DNA of 64,000 nucleotides, taken from contig OZ316896.1 in the NCBI GenBank assembly GCA_973895155.1, forward strand, positions 18,712,754 to 18,776,753, given 5' to 3'. The notes beneath the pieces were generated by a model. The model searched no databases and was not told the origin of the DNA. It was given only the letters and a program-made list of their open reading frames with translations. The position numbers and the translations under genes are program-made. The DNA is from Marsupella aquatica (taxonomy: Eukaryota > Plantae > Marchantiophyta). This document shows positions 38,054 to 50,239 of this stretch, piece by piece (position 1 is the stretch's first letter; each line of letters begins with the position of its first letter).

Positions 38054-40894
38054 ATGGAGAGAGCTAAGGCTGTCGGAGCCGTGAGTAAGACCAATGACCA
38101 GGGATACAACATTGGGTCAGAGAGGGACATTGGGGAGGATGATGATTTTGATTGGGAGGAAGGTGAAACAACTGGTTTCGATGGTGAAGAGTATGAGAAG
38201 AATTCCGGAAAAGATTGGAATGGCGAAGTCAGCCTTTCCTTGGATGCTGAAGAGGGCTCTGCAGCAGTCGGGACAGATGGAACACTCAAAAGGAAGCCTT
38301 CACAACGAAGGGCCACAGCCCAGGACAAGGAATACGCTGAGCTGATCCACAAAGCGCATCTCCTCTGCTTACTTGCCCGTGGAAGGATTGTCGATGCTGC
38401 GTGCGATGACAAACTTTTGCAGGCATCACTTTTGTCTCTAGTTCCGCCTGCTCTGGGCCTGTCAACTGATATCATAGCAGTTCCGACTACCAAAGCTCTT
38501 GGAGGTCTCGTCAGTTGGTTCATGCGGTCTTTTCGTGTTGCAGCTGCCGGAGAAGGACCGTCATCCTCAAATCCAGGACTTTCCCAGGATGATTTCACAA
38601 CACGATTGCGGCATTCTATTGAGAAGCAGGCCGGTTCTGCAGAAGAGGTTGCTGCGTTAGCTGTGGCAGTGCTCCGGAGCCTTGGGTTTGTGACCCGGTA
38701 TGTAACCATCCTGGATGTGGCATCGCTTAAACCAGATGCAGAATCTGTTGAATCTTCCGCAAGTTTGGGATCTAGTTTGTTTAAGCAAGGAACCGTGTTC
38801 TCAGCTCAAGGCGAGTCGGAAACCACCAGGGTTGCAAGTCTGGCACAAATTCTAGCGCATTCAGTTCCTCAGACGGTAAATAAAACTCAGAGGAAGTTTT
38901 CGCTGAATGGTGACATAGGTTCACCTTCAACAAGTGGGGCATCTCCACAGGATTTGAAGCCATATCCACGGGGAAGAGGGAAAAAAATGTTTCCCGTGGA
39001 CAGTGATAGAGGTTCACCTTCAACAGGTGGGGCAAGTCTGCAGGATTCCAAGCCTGCGTCCAGAGGAAGGAATAAGGCAAAGGGAGCAGGGAGGGGGCAG
39101 GTAAAGAATGACTCAGTTAGTGGGGTTTATGAACGTCCTCATGAAGCAGAGGTTGAATCGACCGGGAAGAAAAGGAGCGGTGATGAAGAATTTGAAAGGC
39201 AATTGGCCATGGCCATGGCTGCCACTGCCGCAGAAGCCGAGGCAAAGAAGTTGCCAAAGAGTGAACCCTCAGGAGGGAATGTTTCAAGCGCACAACAGCC
39301 TGATGCATCACATTCCAGGAGGCCTTCGAAGAGAATCAAAGGACTTGGGAATAGTGGGAATGCTAGTTTGAGGGAAAAACTAGGTTTTGCTCCAAAACAG
39401 GAGGTAGTAGGGTCTAACGGCGTTGTCTGGTCCCGGAAGTCTGGGCCAGTGATGCACTGGGCTGAGGTTTACTGTAGTGAGGAAGGAGCTCAGGGAAGAT
39501 GGGTCCATGTGGATGCTGCAAGAGGTATTGTGGATGGTGCTGATAAGATTGAAGGTGCCGCAGCTGCTTGTCGTCTCCCTCTTCGTTATGTTGTTGCATT
39601 TGCCGGATGTGGAGCGAAAGATGTGACTCGCAGATATGTAACGTTGTGGTCCACAGTTGACCGTCACAGAGTTGATCAAGACTGGTGGGACAACACTCTC
39701 AACCCCCTTAAGCGGCTAGAGGCAGCTGCAACAGCAGGGTCTGCCCAGACATTCACATCTTTACCGAGTACATCTTCACAGGCAGAGACAACAACAAATG
39801 TTACAAATGGATGGACATGTAAGACTGACATCCATGACGGTGATCGGAGTGCCCTTGAAGATATGGAGATGGAAACCAAGACATTTACTGAGCCCTTGCC
39901 AACTAATCAGCAGGCCTACAAATCTCATCATCTATATGTATTAGAAAGGTGGTTAACAAAGTATCAAATGCTGTATCCAAAGGGTCCAATTTTGGGTTAC
40001 TGTGCTGGGCATGCGGTTTATCCCCGGGCATGTGTACAGATACTTCATACTCCTGACTATTGGCTCCGCGAAGGATTCAAGGTAAAGTCTGGAGAGTCTC
40101 CGGCAAAGTTTGTAAAAGCATCACGGTTTGTTGTTAAGAAAGAAGTTGACTCAGCTGTCGTCGAACTAGATGGAGAGGAAGAGAAGAAGGAAGAGAAGAT
40201 GACAGCATTGTATGGTAAGTGGCAGACCCATCCTTGGCAACCCCCTCGTGCGGTGGATGGCAAGGTTCCTAGAAATGAGCGGGGCCAGGTGGATGTGTGG
40301 TCGGAAAAATGTATCCCTCCTGGTACAGTGCATCTACGCTTCCCTGGACTTGTTCCAGTTGCACAAAAATTAGGAATAGACTTTGCCCCTGCTATGGTGG
40401 GGTTTGAAGTCCGCAAAGGACGAACATTTCCTGTTTATGATGGCATAGTTGTTTGTGAGGAGTTCAAGGACGTGATCATGGATGCACATAGCGCTCATGA
40501 AGAGGCCCGAGTTAGTGAACTATGGAAGAAGAGAGAAGAGCATGCTGCTAAGAGATGGCGTCATCTTTTACATTCAATGGCAACAAGACAGCGGCTTCAG
40601 GCAGCGTATGAAGCTACCACGGCTGTTGCCACTAAATCGAAGCAGAGGCAGACCGTCAGCTCTTCAAAGGCTCTTCCAATCGCTGAGCCATTGAAATCTG
40701 ATGCCGATGGTGCATTTCGAAAAGACAGTCAATCCGACCTCATAAAGAAGAAAGGAGCTGCGAAACAGGGCCGAGGTTTGCAACCACAACATGTGCACCA
40801 ATTTCCTGAAGAAAATCAAAGCTTCGACGAGGAAACGGGCATCCGAACAAAACTTTGCGCATGTGGATTCACTTACTTCGTTGAGGAAATGTAA
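38054..40894 (+). CDS. RAD4: DNA repair protein RAD4/XPC, 946 aa, single exon
   Basis: HKAHLLCLLARGR, transglutaminase-like HWAEVYC...WVHVDA...AKDVTRRY, BHD motifs (HHLYVLERWL, LYGKWQT, VPRNERGQVDVWSEKCIPPGTVHL, APAMVGFE) and the plant C-terminus KLCACGF...VEEM. Confidence 0.96.
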   Translation: MERAKAVGAVSKTNDQGYNIGSERDIGEDDDFDWEEGETTGFDGEEYEKNSGKDWNGEVSLSLDAEEGSAAVGTDGTLKRKPSQRRATAQDKEYAELIHKAHLLCLLARGRIVDAACDDKLLQASLLSLVPPALGLSTDIIAVPTTKALGGLVSWFMRSFRVAAAGEGPSSSNPGLSQDDFTTRLRHSIEKQAGSAEEVAALAVAVLRSLGFVTRYVTILDVASLKPDAESVESSASLGSSLFKQGTVFSAQGESETTRVASLAQILAHSVPQTVNKTQRKFSLNGDIGSPSTSGASPQDLKPYPRGRGKKMFPVDSDRGSPSTGGASLQDSKPASRGRNKAKGAGRGQVKNDSVSGVYERPHEAEVESTGKKRSGDEEFERQLAMAMAATAAEAEAKKLPKSEPSGGNVSSAQQPDASHSRRPSKRIKGLGNSGNASLREKLGFAPKQEVVGSNGVVWSRKSGPVMHWAEVYCSEEGAQGRWVHVDAARGIVDGADKIEGAAAACRLPLRYVVAFAGCGAKDVTRRYVTLWSTVDRHRVDQDWWDNTLNPLKRLEAAATAGSAQTFTSLPSTSSQAETTTNVTNGWTCKTDIHDGDRSALEDMEMETKTFTEPLPTNQQAYKSHHLYVLERWLTKYQMLYPKGPILGYCAGHAVYPRACVQILHTPDYWLREGFKVKSGESPAKFVKASRFVVKKEVDSAVVELDGEEEKKEEKMTALYGKWQTHPWQPPRAVDGKVPRNERGQVDVWSEKCIPPGTVHLRFPGLVPVAQKLGIDFAPAMVGFEVRKGRTFPVYDGIVVCEEFKDVIMDAHSAHEEARVSELWKKREEHAAKRWRHLLHSMATRQRLQAAYEATTAVATKSKQRQTVSSSKALPIAEPLKSDADGAFRKDSQSDLIKKKGAAKQGRGLQPQHVHQFPEENQSFDEETGIRTKLCACGFTYFVEEM

Positions 40895-41138
40895 ATACTT
40901 GTCATCTAGAGAAAGTTTTGTAGAATTGTTATTGAAATAATCGATAACAGGGTGGGATCTTGCTGGCTAGAATTCAATTTCTAGTTTTCTACTTTTTCCT
41001 ATTCTTTTGTTCTGAGCTTATGGCTCAAGGGCTATAGCAGCGGCTTTTCAACGTGTATAGTTTCCTAGCGTTTTCCATTAGTGGGGCCTTTCATTTGTGC
41101 AGAGTAATTTGTCTGGTGTTACTGAAGACTGCTGTATC

Positions 41139-41365
41139 TGTGAAGGTCATGTACAATATGTGTACTTCAGAAATTCAGTTTGAACCTGATATCACCGAAA
41201 GACTGTTTTCGCTGTAAAGGTCATGTACATTAATGAGCCTGATTACAGCCAAACGACTGATGTCGCTGTAGAGGTCGTGTACAATGTATGCACTAGAGAA
41301 ATTCTTTTTTAATACCGAAAAAGTATCATCGTTGTAAAAGTCATGTACCATGTATCCGGTTCGGA
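41139..41365. repeat. Four degenerate copies of TGTAAAGGTCATGTACAAT at ~55-75 bp spacing
   Basis: Copies at ~41139, 41213, 41267 and 41333; three are followed by a GAAATTC motif. Confidence 0.7.
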
Positions 41366-42104
41366 AATTCATTTTGAACAAGATATAATTTCCAGGGCCA
41401 TATCGAAACCAATCGATTGGTTGTGACCTGATGAAGTGAATGGGTGGAAGTGCAATGCAGCCTACAATAGAGGGACCACACATACCACAGGCAGCCGGCA
41501 GGAAATCCTGGTGGGGGGGGAACTCGTTCATAAAGCATACGCAAAAGCTGGAGGCAAAGAGAATGAGACGTGTTAAAAGTAGCGAATCTCCGACTGATGT
41601 TTGTTCAGATTGTTAGCACTCCTGACGGCAATTGAGTAGCTCTAAAATTTCGGTAGAAGTTTCAAACCTTTGAAACTAGGTACGGACGTCCGGGAATAGA
41701 AAATTTTGTATCTGAACTGTGACTTTAGATGGAAAATCTAGGAGAGCACAAGCTTTAGAAGTACTAGTCATTTTTTTTCATGTAAATACTACTGGAAGGT
41801 GAAATAATTCAGAGCCAAAGCTGAGAAGTACTGGTGTAGTCGTATTGGTGCCAAACACGGTTTGTCGATCGATTGACTCCATCCCTTTGCCACAAAAATA
41901 CCACTCTGAAAAGTACCTCCAGCTCCCTGGGTCCTGTCCTCGTTGTACGCCACCCTCTCTCTATGTCGTCTTTCTGAGTGGATTTCACAAGGATCTTTCA
42001 AGGCAAAGCCAAGTACCTCACAACTTACTCATGTGTAAGTTTTCTGCACGTAAAGAGGGTTGATCATGGTCTTAACTTCGCAACTATTTCAGGTCTCCTC
42101 TGAT

Positions 42105-42952
42105 ACCCTGAGTTAAATCTACATCAAGTTAATGGTCCCCCACTTTCCCGGGGCGCCGTACACTGCCCGTCCCAATCCCCGATGCTGCTGCCCGCTCCGG
42201 CCCAAGTTTGGCAGAACATAAACCAATACTCTACGATTTAACGCATGCGTTCCGGTCCGATCGACTTTGCGCCATCGACTTCGGGTTTATGTTTTGGCAC
42301 CCATCACTTTTTGTCGGCCGCTCCAGCCCGGTCTACTTTGTGTCATCAACTTTTTGGAAATAAGTGTTGCCAAGACATAAACCACAACTCCATAGAGAAT
42401 AAGTACTTGGCATAACATAAACCAAGAGTCTAACAATCATGACTCTCAACCAAAGTATTAGGCTCCCCTTGAACACTTAGATTCTATTACAAAATAGGTA
42501 TGACTCCATCGGAAAGAAGTGTTGCCAGAACATTAATCACAAGTCCATAGAGGATAAGTATTTGGCACAACATAAACCAAGACTCTATAAATCATAACTC
42601 TTAACCAAAGTACTAGGCTTGCCTTGAACACTTAGACTCTCTTACAAAGAAAATATAACTCTGTTGGAAAGAAGAGTTGCCAGAACATAAACCACGACTC
42701 CACAAGGAAGAAGTCAATGACACAAACTTAAGTCGTTCGGGCTGGAGCGAGCGAATGTGCCAAAACATAAACCCGCAGTCGATGGCGCGAAGTCGATCGG
42801 GCCGGAGCGCATGCGTTAAATCTTAGAGTATTGGTTTATGTTCTGCCAAACTTGGGCCGGAGCGGGCAGCAGCATCGGGGATTGGGACGGGCAGTGTACG
42901 GCGCCCCAGGAAAGTGGGGGAGCATTAACTTGATGTAGATTTAACTCAGGGT
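42105..42952. mobile_element. Foldback/MITE element with ~196-bp TIRs and internal ~155-bp tandem repeats
   Basis: 42105-42300 is a near-perfect inverted repeat of 42757-42952. TSD CCTCTGAT at 42097-42104 and 42953-42960 (extendable to 9 bp). Internal units start at ~42360, 42516 and 42671 and contain AACATAAACC subrepeats. Confidence 0.95.
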
Positions 42953-43519
42953 CCTCTGATGAGTTGCAGCTCTCCAAGTTTTGTTGCCAAGGTAGGTCCC
43001 TGCCTTGCCCAATCATTGCCTTCCAGTGCTTCTCTGATAGGTAATACTGACGTCCCATCTAGAGTACTTGAGTCAGGAGAAATACATATGGTATGGCAAT
43101 GGCAAGGTGACTAGGGCAGACATTTTTCTTTGAGAGTTTGTACTGTACTATTTTATATATAAAGTGCCAACTACAAGTTAGAGTTGGAGTCTAGGTTTTT
43201 AGAGTGAAATCTCTAGATTGTAAGTCCATGGTTCATCATGTATATGAGAAAACCATAATTATAATCTGTGTCAAATGATAATCATACCTGCTTTTTGTCA
43301 TGATTTTTATTTGCATTAAAAAATGGGTTCTATGGCCCCACCATAACATATGTACATAAAAAAGAATATGGTTTGTTTGTATGATTATTACTACTATGAC
43401 ATGCATGATGGTTTTTATATCATTTCATTAACTTTCAAAGAATGTAAATAAAAATTATATTATAATGATATTTTTATTATCCTCCCCTCTATTCACATTC
43501 AAAGAACGAGTAGTATTCA

Positions 43520-43722
43520 GGGCTAGTCTGACAAATTGTGGAGCATGCTTTTGTTGTGAGAGTATGTATTTCATAACTCCATGCTTCAATGGTGCTGTTG
43601 TACCGTAGACTGTTGATAGTAGAGGGGGCTAGTCTGACAAATTGTGGAGCATGCTTTTGTTGTGAGGGTATGTATTTCATAACTCCATGCTTCAATGGTG
43701 CTGTTGTACTGTAGACTGTTGA
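43520..43722. repeat. Tandem duplication, 2 x ~106 bp
   Basis: GGGCTAGTCTGACAAATTGTGGAGCATGC...GTAGACTGTTGA present twice; a separate 34-bp duplication lies at ~44021-44096. Confidence 0.95.
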
Positions 43723-44990
43723 ACTCACGTCTCAAGGCAGAAGGAGACGGCTCCGCAGTTGAGTGTGGTGGTTCTCCTTGATCTAGACAAGGTATAAGGT
43801 TGAAGGACTTCGCTAAATTCTTCTTTCATGTTGGGGTCAATTTACCAACTCTAGTGGTTCTCCTTAATCTAGAAGTTAAAATTACTTCAGATGTTTACAG
43901 GCAAAACATACCTCCCTTCTGGGAGATCACTCGCCCTTCTGACTCCTCAGTAAAATTTAGTTTAAAATTTCTGAGGTTTGGATGCTGGGCTGAGTGATAG
44001 GGGAGTGGTTGTGTGAAGACAGGAGATGTGTGACGACTTAGACAAATGGGAGATAGGAGATGTGTGACGACTTAGACAAATGGGAGATAGGAGATGGGCT
44101 GAACGTGATCCTGTACAGAGGTTGCCTGAAGAGGGCATATCCCGTCACCAATGTTTCGAAGTCCGAAGCCACCTACCGAGGTCCTCCAGCTCACACCACC
44201 AATATACTTTACATTATCCCCCTCTCGTGGCCTCTTTTGTTTCTCTCTAGTATACCAAAGGTACCTCATAACAGAGAAATAGTAGCGCCCATCCAATAGT
44301 CCAATAACTTACTTTCATCATCTGCTCTCTATGACAGGAAGGAAATAATTGGCACCGCACTCCTTCACGACATGAATAATTCAGAACATTCAATCACGAT
44401 TTCATCGGTACCAAGAGGCAACTTCGGAATGAAGACAAATCAATCGGTCGCATTGACAGAAACAAAGGTAATCTAAAGTTGGAACAACGTTTCCCACTGT
44501 ACCTTTGAAAAGCTTAAATTTTGTCGAGGGGAAAGTTTCTCGCGAGGTAAGTGAAATGCTTCAGGAACTACATGATGAAGCCATTTGGTTCAACACCGTC
44601 GTGTCCAACAGCTCACTTCGCTGATAATAGAGGTCGCCCATTAATCACAAAGTGAGGCGACGAAAGAAGCTCAAGACTTAACCTGGGCTCAGTGAATGAT
44701 AGGAGCATTTACAATACTTCAACAATTATTTGAGACTTTTTCAGTGGAGTTTCAAACCCATTCTAATTACTAAAATCTAGTATACAACCTCTGAAGGGTC
44801 CTCTGATAAAGTTTGCCTACCCAACTACAAAGGTGGTCAAAACTGGATGTGCGACACGCTTCCAAGTCTTGTTTGACAATCCAACTCGGTTCCGATTGTC
44901 ATAAGTACTGTAGGCAGACAGTGTCCCTACCCTTAGTCGTGATGAGCAAACCAAAGAATGATACCGCGCATTGATGTTCTCCCTGACACA

Positions 44991-47900
44991 TTAGAGAGTG
45001 TTCATAGTTGTTGAAAATCCATATTTCGAAGGAGATACTCTCATCATATGCCCGTCTTCATTGTTGGATTGCAAAGTAGCTCGATATTGCATGTATCGCT
45101 TGTGCCTCACTGCAACGACACAATCAGCAAAGATAATCTTAGCTGCTGTCTAGTTAGCAAGCTGTTTGGAATCACCCTTCCGATATAATGTCAACATTTG
45201 ATATAAACTTGTGCTGCCATTTTCCACGAACATGTCACTGTAATTGTAATGGGCAGTCACTTTCCACGAGCGCGTGATATAAAACAGTTCTTGGGATTTC
45301 AAGTGTCAAGAAGAGGTACACTTACTCGCAAGTTGATGAGGAAGGCCAAAGTTGTAATCATCTTGGTCATGCTTCCTTTTGATGTAAATCCATATCAGCC
45401 CGGCGAGGAAAGCCACTGCTGCCAAAACTCCAAAAGCTGTCCCCACTTTAGCTCCAGCTGACATCCCTCCTTTACTCCAGAAACTGGGGCAAGCCGGTAG
45501 AGATGGTATTCCACAGAGTCCTTTGTTCAAAGACAAGCTGCAGCAACGCAATGGAGAGAGCAGACACATTACAAGTTTATCAACAAAGGGACAACTTCAC
45601 AATCTAGTCAAAAGAAAAGGGTTAGCTACAGACCACAATTGCTACAATAACAACAAGCAATCACATTTGTCCATTCACAAAAGATAAACGAGACCTCTCA
45701 ATTTTTTGCCTAGGAGAACCTCGTACAAATTGTTCGGAGGCTGGTGACAAGCACTAATTGCTTCCATATACTGCCTAACATATTCAAAACAGAACTTACT
45801 TGATAAATCCACCTTCTACACCAATTGAATACAGTGATTCAGGCACTTGCCCACTCAATTGGTTCTCATTTAAAAGCCTGTAGTGGTCAGCAAACTATTA
45901 GCCGGGAATCAAAGGATGAGGTGTGGGAAAAAGCACGAGATATGTATCTTTGTTTCCCCGTTCCTTTGACACATGAAGACACTAGGTTACCCCACCTGTT
46001 AGCAAAACATGGCAGAAATGTTAACAGAGCTCTCAGCACAAAAGTTTTGAACGTACACTTTTACTAGCTGCGGCGAGCCCAGGCTATCTGGAATTACTCC
46101 AATGAGATTGTTGGTTGACAAATCCCTGCAAGTACATTTGCATTTGGGGTCATACATATTAGCTTGCATCTCCTTGCCTGCGAGCTGAGTTTCCCTCACT
46201 ACTAAGAACGACAGTGCTTCAACAATATATTTACTCCGGGGCCAAAGTCGTCATGGATTGTAGGAAAATTCTCACACTACCATTCCTTTGGTTGTAGGGT
46301 GTACGGATGAATTTGCATCTAGGCGCTCTCTCAAACGTGGTCTCCATGAATCCACATTGCCATCATACTGTTAATATTTTGTCATACAGCAAGACTGAAA
46401 GTGGATGCATAAAGAACTCACACACTCTCAAGGATTTTGCCTCCTAGCCCTGCCGGAATGCTACCACCAATCTGGTTATTACTCAAATTCCTGCACAAAG
46501 TCATTCAGAACCACCAATATAAGAAAATCTCTATTCGAATGAACTTCACCACACATGCAGAGGCAAATGAAATCATGCTATTACTGAGAGACTTCAATAA
46601 CATTCTATGTGATAGAATCCACAGCTAGAATAAACCTTACTCACAAATAGAGGAGGTAACTCAATGACGTGATTGAGTCACTAATTATCCCAGTGAGTCC
46701 TTGATTTGATAAGTCTCTGCATAACACGGCCCACCACTGGACATCTTAGAGGCTTTGGACACTTTACCATAGAAGGACTGCAAGACAAGCTCATGAAATA
46801 AAGCGAGAATTGCATCAGAATAAAGCGTGTAGGTTAACAATCAGCGATCTACTGTTCAATCTGGAAACATGACCAAAATTAGCATTTTTGTTAATGTTTC
46901 CTTCGTTCGTTATTTTATGCACTCACAAGCGGGTGACAACAAGAGCCTTTCCGTCATTGCTGAGAGTGCAGCTCACTCCATCCCAGGCATCCCAAGACGA
47001 AGGAGCACATGGGTCTCCATTCCATCCCATTCTGTCAGGAATCTGCAATGATGTCTTCAACTTTTGCATCGCCAAACCTGCATCGAAACAATAATAAAAT
47101 AAGTAGCCAGCAGACCCTCAGAATTCCCACCTCCAGCAATTGGAGCAGTTGGGGCCTTGCTCATCCTGGTTCCAGTCCCCATATATAAAACTCTCAGAGC
47201 TCAAAGAATACTTGGCTAACTTTTCCCACTCCTCGATAGTGCAACGTCACGCTTAAAGTCTCTAAGGCCATAGGCTCAACCATGCTCACACCCAACCAGT
47301 TAAAAAAATTAATGTCAAAGTCTAAGACGAACCTTCCGCTGGATCCGTTGCAATTTCGATAGGCAGTATGGCGAGGATTTCCAACCCACTCACGATCGGC
47401 ACTCCCGCAGAAGGTATGAATTTCAAGTGCAACTGTGTATCAGAAAGGTTCTTCATTGTGTAGCTCAAATCGTAAGCTGCGTAGTTCCTAACCGCTGCAA
47501 AGATGTCCACCTTTGGAAATACCAACACGCCATTCACTTGAATATCAAAAACGCGTTGCCCAGGTGCACTAATAGTTGGATCGATCTCCGCAAAATGCAG
47601 CCAGATCATGTAATCCGAGCTGGAATCAACTCTAAAATAGTAGTCGATCGCCGGGCTCGGCTGCATCGGATTCTGCATCTGAGGAATCCGAGCTGATTGA
47701 TAAAGTTCAGTTGGAAAATAGTTGGGCGCCACATTTGAGTTCCTAATTGGCTCACTTGTCCTCAAAACTTGTTTACTTGTTGGAGAGTACATGGTGTCGT
47801 CTTCCCAAGCCCGGCCGCCCACATCTGAATTGTTGGTCAAGCCTGCTCCAAACGAGGTGTTTCCTCCTGTGAGCCGACCATAGTTCACTAAAATGACATT

Positions 47901-48824
47901 CTGCCCTGTTGTGGTAGATTCATAAGACAGAGGGTCGACCTCCACAATCTCCAAGGCCCCAATCAGAGGGGCATCTGTAGACAAACTATAGAAACACACT
48001 GACGCTTCGCCATCTTGGACGTAAGTAATGAGATCCGAGTAGGCCCCGATTTCGGCGATGTTGCCGGGCCATGGAGACCTCCAGCTGAACACTACAGTGT
48101 TTTCCACAGATACGTCAAAGTTCGGAGCTAGCCCCTTGTTGTCGTAACCATTGTACACGAAGAACATCCGCACGAAATACCTTCCGTTTGGCACGAGAAC
48201 GAGGTAGCAATGCTTCTTGCCTCCAGTCGTAGGGAAGTAGCGAATGGTCCGTTCTGCTTTCTGTGAAAAGTTGCCCGGTTGTGAGACCGACGACGCTGAG
48301 CCCCCTGTAAAGAATGAGTCCTGGATCCATGTCTCATTGTACTGATCTGTAAAATTGATGAATCCCCCAGCATCGATTCGGATCACAACCCCTGCGGTGA
48401 AAACGAAACAAACTATCAATCAACGGAAAAATTCAGATCGGATAGAAGAACCATTAGGTGTAAAGGCATCCAGGGCCGCCAAGTTTCCACTGTGAGAGCT
48501 TTTCAGGGTCGACTTTTCCTCACCAAATTATCAATGCAGAACTCTTTGTGTCCAAAAGACCAAATGGAGCTCCGATTCCCCCTCCTTCTCCTCCTCTTCC
48601 TCTTCCTTCGTCAATGACCCCTGAGAAGACAGAAGAGAAAAAAGAAGAAGAAGAAAATGAAGTCCCGTTGAAAAAGAAATAGGAAAGATGGGGAAGAAGA
48701 AAACAGATAGATTGAGCATTTGTCTACCTTGAGCAGAAGCCATCGTCGAGAAAACAACAAAATGCAGGAAAAGCAGCGGTAACGACAGCTGCATCCACGA
48801 CAACCGAATCCAGCAGCCCTCCAT
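44991..48824 (-). CDS. RLP4: Malectin-like + LRR + TM receptor-like protein (RLP4-type); exons 48824-48728, 48391-47333, 47077-46927, 46716-46645, 46490-46422, 46125-46057, 45877-45800, 45537-45326, 45109-44991
   Basis: Signal peptide; malectin-like domain (RIDAGG, GRYFVRMFF.Y.GYD, LYQSA, WLHFAEID); MGWNGDPCAP LRR cap; 69-78-bp LRR exons; NKGLCG; TM helix; short tail with no kinase domain. All introns are GT-AG and join in frame. Confidence 0.9.
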
Positions 48825-49535
48825 GGTGCGCCCCCTCTCTCTCTAGCCCCACCCGCTTACTACTGTAATTTCCCTACTGCTTGGCTGTTGGACCTGCCCC
48901 GGCTCCTGCTCGTCCTTCAGCTCAGCTCCAGCTCCAGCTAGATCTGCTGCTGCATTCCTTTCATCAGCAGCTCCTCCTCCTCCTCCTCCTCCTCCTATTG
49001 CTGCACCATTCTCCTGTCCCACTGCTGCCGTGCAAGAGGGCTGTCTCCCAGTTCGATCTATCTATCGCCAATCCCCTTCACCTCTCGTACTGTAGTGGGG
49101 CAGCTCTGTCAGCAGCCCTACCTACTGCTGCTGCTCTTCGCAACCAAATCGAAGCCCGCCATCTCAACGCCACCGACGACAACCGTGCTCTTTCCTTCCC
49201 GCTCACGGGCACGAGGAGGCGGGTGCTCGACGTCGCACGAGAAACAAAATTCTTCACTCACAATGCGTCCATCTCGACGACGAGATCACGAGACGACGAA
49301 GCAACGACGACGAGGAGAAGACCACTACCTCTGCACTCGGGAAAGATGCATAGCCTCGCCAAATGTGATGGATGACGAGGAGCAGAAGCGAAAGGAATTG
49401 CGTTACCTCGAGCTTCTTTCCTTCTCGTCGCGGCTGCTCTCGCTCCTACTATTACTACAGTCCAGCTTCTCTCCTTCTCGTCCCGACTGCTCTCGCTTCT
49501 GCACCGTAAAGAGGAGGTATTGCATAATGCGACCA

Positions 49536-50090
49536 AACTGGAATTTTGTTAGAGGGGAGAGTATTGTTTTAAATTTCTTTTCCTTTTTTCTGTCTTTCAT
49601 ATTTTTGTGTTTTTTTATGACTCCAGATAGCTACAGTTGTTTTAAATTTCTTCTGCTTGTTTTTTGCCTTCTATATTTTTTGCTTGTGTTTTTTTATGAC
49701 TCCAGATAGCTACATAGCTACAGTAACTGAAATTTCGTTAGCGGGGAGAGAGTGTTGTTTTAAATTTCTTCTGCTTTTTTCTGCCTTCTATATTTTATTG
49801 TCTTTTTATGACTCCAGATAGCTACAGTAACTTGGAATTTTGTTAGAGGGGAGAGTGTGGTTTAAATTTCTTCTACTTTTTTCTGCCTTCTATATTTTTT
49901 GTATTTTTTATGACTCCAGATAGCAGATAGCTACAGTAGCGAGTTCACTAGAAAAAAGAGTAATCCCAAAAATGTATGTTATCAATTAGGATTTCTGCCT
50001 TCTATATGTTTTGTGTTTTTTTATGACTCTAGATAGCTACAGTAGCCAGTTCACGAAAAAAGAGTAGTCCCAAAAATTTATGTTATCAAC
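49536..50090. repeat. Degenerate 80-115-bp tandem array upstream of RLP4
   Basis: TTTTATGACTCYAGATAGC at ~49613, 49692, 49804, 49905 and 50019, with shared TTTAAATTTCTT and GCCTTCTATAT motifs. Confidence 0.88.
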
Positions 50091-50239
50091 GAGGTTCTTG
50101 TTATAGAGGCACTTGGATCTAGAAAAATTAGAGGTCATGTGAGTAAATTTTTTGCTAATGCAAGGAAAAAGTTTACTGTTTCCTTGCACACTACAATGAC
50201 CCCACCACAAATCCTCGCACACTACAACGACCCCACCAC

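Noticed and set aside
37810-38709. 299-aa minus-strand ORF
   Set aside because: Antisense shadow of the RAD4 CDS. The same applies to ORFs opposite WDR26, BTAF1 and the copia pol genes.
44072-44296. ORF with VSW...GGFGLRNI resembling the C-terminus of a LINE RT
   Set aside because: The motif spacing is wrong and there is no other LINE feature.
48881-49709. 164-aa and 204-aa plus-strand ORFs
   Set aside because: They arise from microsatellite-rich RLP4 leader sequence and T-rich repeats, and have non-ATG starts.
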